The notes: generated from the sequence alone by a model not told the origin. Shown: positions 28,887-39,610, counted from the first letter of the stretch. The stretch: DNA of 64,000 bases from Candidatus Nomurabacteria bacterium GW2011_GWB1_43_19 (GCA_000999465.1 LCGB01000003.1:4252-68251), one strand, 5' to 3'. Numbers and translations: made by a program.

Positions 28887-29487
28887 ATTAAAATTAACGG
28901 TCCTTATTTCCAATACCGGCATCGGCACCAACCTAAGGGCGATAATTGACGGAGTTGCTAAAGGCAAGATAAAAGCAGAGATTGTGGCGGTGATTTCCGA
29001 TACGACCGAAGCGCTTGGGCTGGAACACGCCAGAAAACATAATTTGGAAATTGAAATATGCGAAAAAAAAGAGAATTTGTTGCCGCTTTTACAAAAATTA
29101 AATCCGGATTATGTGTGTTTAGCCGGCTGGAAGCAAATTATTCTGGATGAAGTTATCTTGACATATCCCAATAAAATTTTAAACCTGCATCCGGGACTGG
29201 TTCCGAACACCACAGACGGAAGCGTTGAAAATCCTGATGAAACAGAAGGACTTTGGAATAAGGGCATGTTGACCGATAAAGCGATTCAAAACTTTTTAAA
29301 TAAAAAAAACACTTTTGCTGGCTCTTCTATCCATTTTCTCACTTTAAATTTTGATTTTGGGCCGGTTTTAGGAAGAACTTTTGAAAAAATTAAAGTCAGT
29401 GATACAATTGCATCGTTGTATGGAAGGTTGAAGAAAAAAGAAAATCAATTATATGTGGAAGTTTTAGAAAAACTGACTAATACTTAA
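28870..29487 (+). CDS. purN: GAR formyltransferase
   Basis: GTNL, LAGW, NLHPG, D.GP; pur context. Confidence 0.85.
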   Translation: MFQENKLKLTVLISNTGIGTNLRAIIDGVAKGKIKAEIVAVISDTTEALGLEHARKHNLEIEICEKKENLLPLLQKLNPDYVCLAGWKQIILDEVILTYPNKILNLHPGLVPNTTDGSVENPDETEGLWNKGMLTDKAIQNFLNKKNTFAGSSIHFLTLNFDFGPVLGRTFEKIKVSDTIASLYGRLKKKENQLYVEVLEKLTNT

Positions 29488-29514
29488 AACTCTGCAATCG
29501 CCGAAATTTAAGTA
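29481..29514. repeat. 34-bp GCnATnGC-core palindrome that contains the purN stop
   Basis: TACTTAAAACTCT-GCAATCGC-CGAAATTTAAGTA. Confidence 0.75.
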
Positions 29515-29522
29515 AAATATTT

Positions 29523-30809
29523 ATGCAGAAACAAAGAATTTTAATTATCGGAAGTGGAGGCAGAGAACACGCGATAGGATGGAAAATAAAGCAGTCTATT
29601 CGCGCTGAGCAGATATTTTTCGCGCCCGGAAATGGGGGTACAGGTAGAATCGGCATAAATATACCAATTAAAGCAACAGACATCCCCGCGCTACTTGATT
29701 TCGCAAAAAAAGAAAATATCACCTTGACACTAGCTCTGCCGGATGACCCGCTTGCGCTTGGAATAGTGAACGAATTTCAAAAAAAAGGCCTGCGCATTTG
29801 GGGCCCCACTAAGGAGGCGGCGCAGATTGAATGGTCAAAAACATTCTCCAAAGATTTCATGCGCAGGCACAATCTGCCTACCGCCAAATTTATGACCTTT
29901 TCTGACTACAAAATGGCTAAAAAATATATTACCGACCAAATATTTCCGATTGTCATTAAAGCGGACGGTCTGGCGCTCGGAAAAGGAGTAATCATCTGCG
30001 AAACGCGCGAGCAGGCATATGAAGCCCTGGAAAATATATTCATAAAGAAAATATTCGGGGAAGCGGGCAATGAAATAGTGGTGGAAAAATTTTTGGCCGG
30101 CCCGGAAATATCAATTCATGCTTTTTCTGACGGAAAAAATTATAAAATATTCCCGCCGTCGCAGGATCATAAAAAAATAGGCGAAGAAGACATCGGTCCC
30201 AATACCGGAGGAATGGGCACTATTGCGCCTCTTCCTTTTGTTTCCAATAATCTTTTCAAGGAAATCGAAAAAAACATTGTGGCACCGACTTTATCCGCGA
30301 TGAATTCTGATGGATATCCCTTTGTCGGTGTTATTTATCCCGGACTGGTCTTGCACAAAGACGGTCTGAAAATTTTGGAATACAACGCGCGCTTCGGCGA
30401 CCCGGAGACGCAAACCTACATGCGGCTTCTTGATACCGATATACTGGATATTTTTGACGCCTGCCTGGACGGAAAATTGAATGAAATAGAAATCATATGG
30501 AGAAACGCTTATGCCTGCACAATAATTCTCGCTTCGGGAGGCTACCCGGGAAATTACGAAAAAGGAAAAGTAGTTTCCGGCATCGACGACGCAGAAAGGG
30601 AGCTCGACATAATTGTATTTCATGCCGGCACGGCCGCGAAAGATGACAAATTTGTTACAAATGGAGGAAGAGTGCTCGGAGTTTCCGCCATCGGCATTAC
30701 TTTGGAAGAAACTCTCGCTAAAGCATATAAAGCCATAGAAAAAATTTCGTTTGAAGGTATGCAATACCGCAAAGACATCGGGAAATCCGCCCTTTTACTT
30801 TCAAAATAA
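29523..30809 (+). CDS. purD: GAR synthetase
   Basis: GSGGREHA, KADGLALGKGV, GPNTGGMG, NARFGDPE. Confidence 0.96.
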   Translation: MQKQRILIIGSGGREHAIGWKIKQSIRAEQIFFAPGNGGTGRIGINIPIKATDIPALLDFAKKENITLTLALPDDPLALGIVNEFQKKGLRIWGPTKEAAQIEWSKTFSKDFMRRHNLPTAKFMTFSDYKMAKKYITDQIFPIVIKADGLALGKGVIICETREQAYEALENIFIKKIFGEAGNEIVVEKFLAGPEISIHAFSDGKNYKIFPPSQDHKKIGEEDIGPNTGGMGTIAPLPFVSNNLFKEIEKNIVAPTLSAMNSDGYPFVGVIYPGLVLHKDGLKILEYNARFGDPETQTYMRLLDTDILDIFDACLDGKLNEIEIIWRNAYACTIILASGGYPGNYEKGKVVSGIDDAERELDIIVFHAGTAAKDDKFVTNGGRVLGVSAIGITLEETLAKAYKAIEKISFEGMQYRKDIGKSALLLSK

Positions 30810-30903
30810 AGAGTACTTTGATGCGATGTCATTCAGATGTTGTCTGTAAGAATACTTACAGACACATCTTCGCTAATCGCAAAAAAAATGCTAAAATATG
30901 CCT

Positions 30904-31422
30904 ATGAAAAATAACCCAAAAGTGGGCATAATTATGGGCTCGGACTCGGATTTGGAGGTAATGGCGGAAGCGGCAAAAATCCTTGAAGAATTCGGCGTAG
31001 GATACGAAATTACGGTGGGCTCCGCTCACCGTAGCCCCGAATTGATACACAAATACATAACAACTATACAAAAACAGGGAATCAAAATTATTATCGCGGG
31101 TGCTGGAGGCGCGGCGCATCTGGCTGGAGTAGCGGCTTCTTTAGCCACCTTGCCGGTCATAGGCATTCCAATCAAAGCCAAAACCCTGGATGGCTTGGAT
31201 TCGCTCCTTTCTACTGTCAATATGCCTCCGGGCGTGCCGGTGGCAACCGTCGGCATAAACGCCGGAAAAAACGCCGGACTGCTGGCCGTGCAGATGCTGG
31301 CCATATCGGACAAAGGCCTGGAAAATAAGCTGGCTGCTTATAAAAATAAATTAGCCAAGGATACGCAAGCCAAAGGGGAAAAACTCCTGAAAATCGGGTA
31401 TAAAAAATATCTGGGAAAATAA
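30904..31422 (+). CDS. purE: N5-CAIR mutase
   Basis: IMGSDSD, SAHR, AGAGGAAHL, PVATV. Confidence 0.95.
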   Translation: MKNNPKVGIIMGSDSDLEVMAEAAKILEEFGVGYEITVGSAHRSPELIHKYITTIQKQGIKIIIAGAGGAAHLAGVAASLATLPVIGIPIKAKTLDGLDSLLSTVNMPPGVPVATVGINAGKNAGLLAVQMLAISDKGLENKLAAYKNKLAKDTQAKGEKLLKIGYKKYLGK

Positions 31423-32442
31423 ATGCAAAAATTATCATACAAAAACTCAGGGGTAAACATTGACGTTGCTAATAATACAAAAAGCGGCATAGCAAAAGTT
31501 TTGGATGGGCAAAACAAGAATGTGCTTAATAGAGTTGGGGCCTTTGCGACATTATATGACGGCACTTTTCCGGGGTATAAAAACCCTATTTTGGTTTTTA
31601 AAACAGAGGAGCCGGGAACCAAACAAAAATTGGCTATAGAAAATAACAGCCTGGAAACGATCGCCTATGATTTAATCGGCCATTTGATAAATGACACGGT
31701 TGTCATGGGAGCCAAACCGCTTTCCGTGCAGGATTGCATTGTTTGCGGAAAAATGGAAAAGAAAGTAATTTTAAAAATAGTTTCTTCTTTAGCGAAGGCC
31801 TGTAAAGAAAACGGCTGTCTGCTGACCGGAGGAGAAACATCCGAACAACCCGGAGTGGTTCCAAAAGGGATTTATATTCTTACAGCAAGCATTACTGGAG
31901 TAGTTGAAAAAGATTCAATCATTGACGGCTCAAAAATAAAAGAAGGGGATACGGTACTTGCTTTGGCTTCAAATGGCTTGCACACTAATGGCATTTCTTT
32001 AGTCAGGAAAATCATGGAACAAAACCCAAAAATCCTCAAAGAAAAAATAGGCGGGAAGTCATTTATTGAAAATGTTTTAACGCCGCATAGATGCTATTAT
32101 AACAGCTTGAAGGGCCTATTCAGAAATAAAGAATTAGTCGGCTTAGCACACATCACGGGTGGCGGCATTAAAGAAAATCTTAATCGGATCTTGCCCAAAA
32201 ATCTAGATGCAGTCATTGATGTAAACAAAATAAGGATTTTAAAGATATTTAAAACTTTGAAAAAATTTGGTAAACTGGAAGACGAGGAGATGTTCCGGGC
32301 ATTCAATATGGGAGTGGGCATAGCCGCCGTAGTTAAGAAAAACTTTGCTGGTAAAGCAAAAAAACATCTAAGGAAATTTGGGATAGATACTTATGAAATT
32401 GGTAAAATTATTAAAGGTAAGGGCAAAGTAATTTTAAAATAA
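31423..32442 (+). CDS. purM: AIR synthetase
   Basis: YKNSGVNI, GGET, SNGLHTNG, HITGGG, FNMGVG. Confidence 0.94.
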   Translation: MQKLSYKNSGVNIDVANNTKSGIAKVLDGQNKNVLNRVGAFATLYDGTFPGYKNPILVFKTEEPGTKQKLAIENNSLETIAYDLIGHLINDTVVMGAKPLSVQDCIVCGKMEKKVILKIVSSLAKACKENGCLLTGGETSEQPGVVPKGIYILTASITGVVEKDSIIDGSKIKEGDTVLALASNGLHTNGISLVRKIMEQNPKILKEKIGGKSFIENVLTPHRCYYNSLKGLFRNKELVGLAHITGGGIKENLNRILPKNLDAVIDVNKIRILKIFKTLKKFGKLEDEEMFRAFNMGVGIAAVVKKNFAGKAKKHLRKFGIDTYEIGKIIKGKGKVILK

Positions 32443-32443
32443 A

Positions 32444-33376
32444 ATGAATATTTTAGAAAAAACGGATTTCAAGAACTTGGGGGAGAAATACACGGGGAAG
32501 GTAAGGGACGTTTACACCCAGAAAAACAAAGTTATTTTAATCTCCACCGACCGGTATTCCGCCTTTGACCGCAACCTGGCGCTGATACCCTGTAAAGGCC
32601 AAGTGTTGACACAAGTCAGTAAATTTTGGTTTGAGAACACAAAAGACATAGTCCAAAATCATGTGATAGATTTTCCCGACCCGAACGTAGTAGTGGGTAA
32701 AAAATGTGAAGTTCTGCCGATAGAAGTTGTACCCCGAGCATATATTACCGGAGTAACCGGAACTTCTTTATGGACTTTATACCAGAAGGGTCAGAGAGAT
32801 TTCGGAGATTTTACCCTGCCTGATGGCATGCATAAAAATCAAAAACCGGACAAAGTCGTGCTGACACCCACCACCAAGCGCGAGGAGCACGACCGGCCGC
32901 TCTCGGGCAAAGAGATAGTCGAAGGCGGCTACATGACCAAAGAGCAGTGGGAAAAAGTTGCGGACATTTCACTCAAACTATTCAAGCGCGGACAGGAAAT
33001 CGCTTTGCAAAAAGGCTTGATTCTGGTGGACTGCAAGTACGAATTCGGTTTGGATGAAAACGGGGAACTAACTCTGGTTGACGAAATTCATACTCCCGAT
33101 TCTTCGCGCTACTGGCAGGCAAATTCATACGAGGAACGGATTAATCAGGGACTGGAACCGGAAAACTTTGACAAGGAATTTCTGCGCCTATGGTTCAAAG
33201 AGCACTGCGACCCCTATAAGGACAAAGTGTTGCCGCCGGCCCCGCCGGAAATGATTGCGGAATTATCAAGGCGCTATGTGCAAATCTGCGAGCAAATTAC
33301 CGGGATTCCTTTCACCGTTGAAACGGGAGATATCGGAAAAAGGATAGAAAATAATCTTAAAAAATATCAAATATAA
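32444..33376 (+). CDS. purC: SAICAR synthetase
   Basis: GKVRDVY, DRYSAFD, DCKYEFG, DEIHTPDSSR. Confidence 0.94.
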   Translation: MNILEKTDFKNLGEKYTGKVRDVYTQKNKVILISTDRYSAFDRNLALIPCKGQVLTQVSKFWFENTKDIVQNHVIDFPDPNVVVGKKCEVLPIEVVPRAYITGVTGTSLWTLYQKGQRDFGDFTLPDGMHKNQKPDKVVLTPTTKREEHDRPLSGKEIVEGGYMTKEQWEKVADISLKLFKRGQEIALQKGLILVDCKYEFGLDENGELTLVDEIHTPDSSRYWQANSYEERINQGLEPENFDKEFLRLWFKEHCDPYKDKVLPPAPPEMIAELSRRYVQICEQITGIPFTVETGDIGKRIENNLKKYQI

Positions 33377-33377
33377 T

Positions 33378-34766
33378 ATGCCTTTGAACTCAATTTCCCC
33401 AATAGACGGAAGATATGAAAAGTATACCAAGGATTTGGCTCCGTATTTCAGTGAAGCCGCCTCCATGAAGTATAAAGTCCTGATGGAATGCGAGTATCTG
33501 ATAGCGTTGTCGGAAACGGCCGGTATCGGAATGCGGAAGTTGAATACCCGAGAAAAAGCTTCAATAAGAAATTTGTATGCAAAATTTTCGCTTGAAGACG
33601 CGGAGACGATTAGTAATATTGAATTGAAGGGGTATAAAGGCATAAAAGCCACCAATCACGATTTCAAGGCGATTGAATATTTCATCAAGGATAAAATGGC
33701 GAAAACCGGCCTGAAGGATGTGCTGGAATTCGCGCATTTCGGCCTGACCAGCGAAGATGCCAGCAATATTGCCTACGCGTTGATGTTGTCGGATGCTTTG
33801 GAATATGTACTTATCCCTGAAATCAAAAAAATAGTGGAAGAATTGGACACTCTTGCGAAAAAATATAAAAATTTGCCGATGCTGGCCAGGACCCATGGAC
33901 AACCTGCTTCTCCGACCACTTTCGGCAAGGAAATGAAGGTTTTTGTTGCCAGAATTGAAAAAAGAATTGAGGGTCTTGAGAGTATAAAAATAGAAGTAAA
34001 GTTAAATGGAGCCACCGGTAACTATAATGCTCTTTATGTTGCATATCCCAAAATTGACTGGACGAAGTTTAGCCAAAAATTTATTGAAGGTTTTAATAAA
34101 AATCGTTCTCAAAAATTAAAAACAAACTTGATTACTACTCAGATAGAATGTCATGACAGTTATGTGGCTATCTTTGATACTTTAAGACAAATCAATACGA
34201 TTCTCTTGGGTTTCAATCAAGACATGTGGAGGTATGTTTCTGATGGCTGGGTTAGCCAAAGGCCGGTGGAAGGGGAGGTGGGTTCATCCACCATGCCGCA
34301 TAAAATTAATCCTTGGTTTCTGGAAAACAGCGAAGGCAATTTGGGAATGGCCAACGCCATGTTTGAATTTTTCGCGCGAAAGCTTCCCGTTTCCCGCCTG
34401 CAGAGGGACTTATCGGATTCCACCGTTTTACGCAATATTGGAACGGCCTTTGGTCACAGCTTGATTGGCTTCAAATACTTAAATAATCAGCTTGGCAGAG
34501 TTATTGTAAATAAGGAAAAAACGCTGGAGGACCTTAAAAACCATCCGGAAGTAATTACCGAGGCCATCCAGACAATCCTGCGGCGGGAAGGGGTAGCTAT
34601 GCCCTATGAAAAGTTAAAAGAACTGACTCGCGGTAAAAAAGTCACTCTTCAGGATATCCGTAAATTTATCAATGACCTGAAAGTCAGCGAAAAAGTAAAA
34701 AAGGAGCTCTTAAAGATTACTCCGGAAAATTATACCGGCCTGGCTTCCAAACTTGCTTCCAAATAA
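33378..34766 (+). CDS. purB: Adenylosuccinate lyase
   Basis: SPIDGRY, RTHGQ, GSSTMPHKINP, SRLQRDL. Confidence 0.95.
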   Translation: MPLNSISPIDGRYEKYTKDLAPYFSEAASMKYKVLMECEYLIALSETAGIGMRKLNTREKASIRNLYAKFSLEDAETISNIELKGYKGIKATNHDFKAIEYFIKDKMAKTGLKDVLEFAHFGLTSEDASNIAYALMLSDALEYVLIPEIKKIVEELDTLAKKYKNLPMLARTHGQPASPTTFGKEMKVFVARIEKRIEGLESIKIEVKLNGATGNYNALYVAYPKIDWTKFSQKFIEGFNKNRSQKLKTNLITTQIECHDSYVAIFDTLRQINTILLGFNQDMWRYVSDGWVSQRPVEGEVGSSTMPHKINPWFLENSEGNLGMANAMFEFFARKLPVSRLQRDLSDSTVLRNIGTAFGHSLIGFKYLNNQLGRVIVNKEKTLEDLKNHPEVITEAIQTILRREGVAMPYEKLKELTRGKKVTLQDIRKFINDLKVSEKVKKELLKITPENYTGLASKLASK

Positions 34767-34767
34767 A

Positions 34768-34801
34768 AACTTATAACTCCGCTATCGCAGAAATATAAGT
34801 A
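34768..34801. repeat. 34-bp GCnATnGC-core palindrome
   Basis: AACTTATAACTCC-GCTATCGC-AGAAATATAAGTA. Confidence 0.75.
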
Positions 34802-34810
34802 AGTAATAAA

Positions 34811-36583
34811 ATGAAAGGGGAAAGCGAAAATAGAATACATTCAGTAGACTCAGTATCTACGACGTGCCAGAACTGCAAGGGTTCATTCACGATTGAGCCG
34901 GACGATTTCGGATTCTATGAAAAGATCAAGGTTCCGCCGCCAACTTTTTGTTTTGATTGCCGGCTACAAAGAAAACTAACTTTCGTCAACGAACGGGCGC
35001 TTTTTAAAAGAAAATGCGATAATTGCGGCAAAGACACCATAACAATGTATTCACCCAGAAACCCTTTTAGAGTTTTCTGCACTAGTTGTTACAATGATAG
35101 GAGAAACTGCCTGGAATACGGGATAGATTTAGATTTCTCAAAACATTTTCTCGCGCAATTTTATGAGCTTTTTAAAAAGGTCCCGCGGCTTCATTTGATG
35201 CACAAAAACAACAACGGCGAAGGGTGCGAGTATGCTAACCATATTTACCGCAGTCGTAGAGTTTATCTATCTTATACGATAGTAAAATCCGAAGACATTT
35301 ATTACTCCAAACAAGGCCTAGAGGGAAATAAAATTTGCTTAGATAGCTTTAATATGAAACATAGCGAGAGGGGTTATGAATTGGTCTATGTTTCAAGGGC
35401 CTATAATTCAAGATTTCTAATCCATTCTAGCCGTTGCATTGATAGTCAGTATCTTTTGCATTGCGGTGATTGTAATAATTGCTTCATGTCTCATAATCTC
35501 CGACATAAAAGCTATGTTTTTAGAAATCAACAATTGACTAGAGAAGAGTATTTCAAGGAGATGAAAAAAATTAAACTTGATTCCTATACCGAACAAGAAA
35601 AGTTAAAAAAAGAATTTTCTGAATTACCTAGAATGACAGGCCCAGCCCAAGTCAAGGCGGTTGTAAATGTAACCGGCGACTTTATTGGTCATTCAAAAAA
35701 CGCTAAATACTGTTTTAGCAATGTTGATACAGAAAATTCTAAATATATTGTTTTTGGTGTAAATACTATTCGAGATTGTTATGATCTAATGTTTGCTGGC
35801 CGGAGTGAACTTTGTTACGAATGTGCTGGTAGCGGCGCTCAAAATAATAATGTTTCTTTCTCTCTTGATATAGGAGCAAATCATGAGATTAATTATTGTA
35901 TTTCTACTAACAATTGCGGATACTGTTTTGGTTGTGTCGGTATAACCAATCAAAATTATTGCATTCTCAATAAACAGTACACCAAAGAAGAATACGAAAA
36001 GCTGGTGCCGAAAATTATTAAGCACATGAATCAAATGCCCTATGTGAGCAAAATAGGGAGGGTGTATAAATACGGCGAATTTTTTCCAGAAGAATTCTCA
36101 CCTTTCGCTTATAATGAAAGTTTGGCCTACGAAGAATTTTCAATGACGAAAGAAGAAGTTTTAAAAGAGGGCTACGAGTGGCGGGACTTGGAGGAGAAGC
36201 AGTATAAAACCACTATTGATAATAGAGATTTACCTGATAGTGTTAATGATGTCAAGGACAGTATTCTTGAAGAAGTAATTGCTTGTCCCAATCAGGGTCA
36301 GACCGAGACCAAGTGCACCTACGGCTTTAGAATTGTGCCAGATGAACTTAGATTTTATCGTTTAATGAAGATACCACTGCCTAGACTTTGTCCAAACTGC
36401 CGCTATTATGAACGTCGTAAGTGGCTTAACCCGTGGAAACTCTGGCATCGGCAATGTATGTGCAGTAAAAAGAATCACTTTCACGGAGTGGAAAAGTGTG
36501 AGGTGGAATTTGAGACGTCATACGCCCCGGAGAGGCCGGAAATTGTTTACTGCGAAAAATGCTACCAGGCGGAGATGTATTAA
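34811..36583 (+). CDS. Cys-rich zinc-ribbon family protein (full length)
   Basis: CQNC...FYEKIKVPPPTFC..C N-end, Cys/Ser-rich repeats, YCEKCY C-end. Confidence 0.85.
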   Translation: MKGESENRIHSVDSVSTTCQNCKGSFTIEPDDFGFYEKIKVPPPTFCFDCRLQRKLTFVNERALFKRKCDNCGKDTITMYSPRNPFRVFCTSCYNDRRNCLEYGIDLDFSKHFLAQFYELFKKVPRLHLMHKNNNGEGCEYANHIYRSRRVYLSYTIVKSEDIYYSKQGLEGNKICLDSFNMKHSERGYELVYVSRAYNSRFLIHSSRCIDSQYLLHCGDCNNCFMSHNLRHKSYVFRNQQLTREEYFKEMKKIKLDSYTEQEKLKKEFSELPRMTGPAQVKAVVNVTGDFIGHSKNAKYCFSNVDTENSKYIVFGVNTIRDCYDLMFAGRSELCYECAGSGAQNNNVSFSLDIGANHEINYCISTNNCGYCFGCVGITNQNYCILNKQYTKEEYEKLVPKIIKHMNQMPYVSKIGRVYKYGEFFPEEFSPFAYNESLAYEEFSMTKEEVLKEGYEWRDLEEKQYKTTIDNRDLPDSVNDVKDSILEEVIACPNQGQTETKCTYGFRIVPDELRFYRLMKIPLPRLCPNCRYYERRKWLNPWKLWHRQCMCSKKNHFHGVEKCEVEFETSYAPERPEIVYCEKCYQAEMY

Positions 36584-36585
36584 CA

Positions 36586-36617
36586 TAACACAATTTCGCG
36601 ATCGCGAAATTGTGTTA
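36586..36617. repeat. Perfect 32-bp palindrome, GCnATnGC-core family
   Basis: TAACACAATTTCGCGA-TCGCGAAATTGTGTTA, 2 nt after the stop codon. Confidence 0.85.
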
Positions 36618-36667
36618 AAAAATTACATCTACGTTAAAGTGTAGATACAAAAAACTGAAATAACGCT

Positions 36668-36687
36668 ATGGTAGCGGCCGCTACTAT
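36668..36687. repeat. CGGCCG-centred palindrome
   Basis: ATGGTAGCGGCCGCTACTAT. Confidence 0.7.
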
Positions 36688-36738
36688 TGTATTATTATGT
36701 GTTTTTTTATTTCAACTATAATCTGCTATAATTGTTCT

Positions 36739-37599
36739 ATGAACTTTAAGAAAATCGGAATTGTCTTATTTTTGATACTTTTTTTGTTTCCAATAAATAG
36801 AATATTAGCCCAAACGACGAATGCTGGCTTTGTGCCAGCTAATATCTGGTATTCGCAGGACCCGTTTGAAGAAGGGGATAAGGTAAAAATATATACGGTA
36901 ATTTTCAACCCCGATTCCAGGCAATTATCGGGAAGCGTGATTTTTTTTGATAACAGCGTTTTTTTGGGCAAAAAGGACTTTACGGCCGAAACGAAAAGCG
37001 TCAAGGATGTATATCTGGACTGGACGGCCACCGTCGGAGAGCATAGTATTTTCGGCAAAATTGAAAATGCTAAATTCTTGGTCTCCCTGGGAAAATATGA
37101 GGAAGTTTATCTGGCGGAAAACGAAACGAGCAAAAGTTTGCGTACGGTAAGCAAAAAAATAATCACGGTAGCCGACACGACTGACCCAAGCGCAATTACA
37201 AATCCAATATTGAATATTGTAAATGCTGTCAGTTTCGAGCCGATTAAAAATATTGGGAAAATAATAGGAGATAACACGCCGGAGTTTATAGCCCAACCCA
37301 CAATTTCAACCGCCAATATGGTTGAAGAGTTGCGCATTAATGCAGGCATCGTCCTAGAAACCAAAAGAAAAGAAGTCAAAGAAAACATCCGGGCGCTGGA
37401 TCCAAGCACGGAAGAAGCAGCTCCGGGGTCAAATTCTCCCGAGGCAGAGCCGAGTAAATTCTTAAAACCTTTTAAATATGCGGAGCTTTTTGCCTTGGCC
37501 CTGTTTTCGACCACTTTTAATAATAAACTCATTTTCTATACGGTCCTCATTTTGATTATTTTCTTTTTGTTGCGTTATATAATGAAGCGTGTAAGATAA
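36739..37599 (+). CDS. Exported protein, CARDB/Ig-like domain, C-terminal TM anchor
   Basis: Signal peptide, EGDKVKIY..IFN, WTATVGEHSI, hydrophobic C-end. Confidence 0.6.
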   Translation: MNFKKIGIVLFLILFLFPINRILAQTTNAGFVPANIWYSQDPFEEGDKVKIYTVIFNPDSRQLSGSVIFFDNSVFLGKKDFTAETKSVKDVYLDWTATVGEHSIFGKIENAKFLVSLGKYEEVYLAENETSKSLRTVSKKIITVADTTDPSAITNPILNIVNAVSFEPIKNIGKIIGDNTPEFIAQPTISTANMVEELRINAGIVLETKRKEVKENIRALDPSTEEAAPGSNSPEAEPSKFLKPFKYAELFALALFSTTFNNKLIFYTVLILIIFFLLRYIMKRVR

Positions 37600-37603
37600 A
37601 GTT

Positions 37604-37867
37604 ATGATGTTTAGAATTTTGGCTTCTGTTTTGTTATTATTTTCAATACTTTTTATGCCTTTTTGGGTGTCGGTTATCTTAGCGCTCGGAGCAATGATTT
37701 ATTTTAACGTTTTTTGGGAAGCGATTTTTTTATTTCTTTTGTCGGATTTGCTCTATGGAGTAAAAGGGGGGAAATTTTTTAGTATAATTTTTCTTTCCTT
37801 TGTCGTGTCAGCCGTCGTTTTGGTTTTGCTAGAATTTACAAAAAGAAAACTGAAGTTCTACAAATAA
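37604..37867 (+). CDS. Small integral membrane protein
   Basis: 87 aa, almost wholly hydrophobic; abuts the PBP gene. Confidence 0.65.
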   Translation: MMFRILASVLLLFSILFMPFWVSVILALGAMIYFNVFWEAIFLFLLSDLLYGVKGGKFFSIIFLSFVVSAVVLVLLEFTKRKLKFYK

Positions 37868-39610
37868 ATGATTATTAGAATAATTAAAAAAAATAAAACA
37901 AAAAACGGGAGTTTTTTCGTGGAACCGGACGAGATTTTTCTGGACTCCAAAAATCTGCAAAACTTTAACCGTCAACAGTTTGAAGGACGAATAGAAAGGC
38001 CGATTTCCAAAAAAACAATTTATTTTCTTGGTTTCTTGTTTTTGTTTTTTATTGGAATTTTTGGAATCCGCCTGGTCTATCTTCAAATCCAAAAAGGCGA
38101 GACATATTTTGCACGAAGCCAAAATAATTTTTTGGAAAAAGCGATTATTTTTACCAACAGGGGAATAATTTATGACCGTAACAAGATAGAGTTGGCCTGG
38201 AATAAACCTGCCCGCGATGCTACACAAACCGTAGCAGATGAAAAGACGGAAGAAAAAACAGACGAGACGACAATTCCAATACGCGCATATTTATCGTCCG
38301 GATTTTCGCATTTATTGGGTTATATCAGCTATCCGACCCGAGACAAAGGAGGTAATTATTGGCAAAGTGAATTTATAGGCATAAATGGACTGGAAAAAGA
38401 ATATAACGAAAAACTTAAAGGAGAAAATGGGTCAAAAATAATAGAAACGGATGCGTTGGGAAAAATATATTCGGAAAATATTGTGAATGCTCCCAAACAG
38501 GGGACTGACTTAATAACAACTATTGACGTGCGAATACAAAAAGAACTTTTTGATTTTATAAAAAATTTATCGGAAAATAATTCTTTTGTAGGCGGAGGAG
38601 GTGTGCTTCTTGATGTTCGAAATGGAGAAGTGATAGCTTCTACCAATTTTCCGGAATATAATTCCGAAATTTTATCTCTGGGAAAAGATAGTGAGAAAAT
38701 TAACGGCTATATAAATGATAAAAGAAAATTTTTCCTGGATAGAGTTGTTTCGGGGCTCTATACTCCGGGTTCAATTGTTAAGCCATTTTTTGCCTTGGGC
38801 GCTTTGACGGAAGGTGTGATCGACCCGTATAAAAAAATTCTTTCAATCGGCTCTATTTCAATCCCGAATCCTTATTTTCCGGATCAAAAAACCATTTTTA
38901 AAGATTGGAAAATTCACGGTTGGACCGATATGGCGCAAGCGCTGGCTGTCTCTTCAGATGTATATTTTTATTCAATCGGAGGGGGATATGAAGAACAAAA
39001 TGGACTTGGTATCGTAAAATTGGAAAAATACGTCAGGCTTTTTGGTATTGGAGAGAAAACCGAAATTGACCTGCCAAATGAAACACGAGGTGTAATTCCA
39101 AGTCCGGAATGGAAGATAAAAAACTTTCCGGACGATCCATGGCGCATCGGGAACACTTACCATACCGCTATCGGACAGTATGGATTTCAAGTCACTCCGA
39201 TGGAAATGGTGCGCGCAATAGGAGCTATCGCAAATAACGGCAAATTACTGACTCCGCATTTAATATTGGGTGATGTTGAAAAAGAAAATAAAGTTTCTAT
39301 GATAGATATAGAGAAAGAATATTTTGATGTGGTGCATAAAGGAATGAGACAAGCCGTGACTTACGGTACGGCTGTGGCGCTTGATGTGCCATATGTGCAA
39401 GTTGCTGCTAAAACCGGTACGGCCCAACTGGGTGTCGCAAAAAATAAAGTAAACTCATGGGTAATTGGTTTCTTTCCATACGAAAATCCCAAATATGCAT
39501 TTGTGGTAATGATGGAATCCGGTCCCGCCTCGGGTAATGTCGGCGCAACTTCCGTTATGCGAGCGCTTCTGGATTGGATGTCCATCAACACACCGGAATA
39601 TTTTGAATAA
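37868..39610 (+). CDS. mrdA: Class B penicillin-binding protein (PBP2-like)
   Basis: RGIIYDRN, GSIVK (SxxK), SSD, IGQ, KTGT. Confidence 0.85.
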   Translation: MIIRIIKKNKTKNGSFFVEPDEIFLDSKNLQNFNRQQFEGRIERPISKKTIYFLGFLFLFFIGIFGIRLVYLQIQKGETYFARSQNNFLEKAIIFTNRGIIYDRNKIELAWNKPARDATQTVADEKTEEKTDETTIPIRAYLSSGFSHLLGYISYPTRDKGGNYWQSEFIGINGLEKEYNEKLKGENGSKIIETDALGKIYSENIVNAPKQGTDLITTIDVRIQKELFDFIKNLSENNSFVGGGGVLLDVRNGEVIASTNFPEYNSEILSLGKDSEKINGYINDKRKFFLDRVVSGLYTPGSIVKPFFALGALTEGVIDPYKKILSIGSISIPNPYFPDQKTIFKDWKIHGWTDMAQALAVSSDVYFYSIGGGYEEQNGLGIVKLEKYVRLFGIGEKTEIDLPNETRGVIPSPEWKIKNFPDDPWRIGNTYHTAIGQYGFQVTPMEMVRAIGAIANNGKLLTPHLILGDVEKENKVSMIDIEKEYFDVVHKGMRQAVTYGTAVALDVPYVQVAAKTGTAQLGVAKNKVNSWVIGFFPYENPKYAFVVMMESGPASGNVGATSVMRALLDWMSINTPEYFE

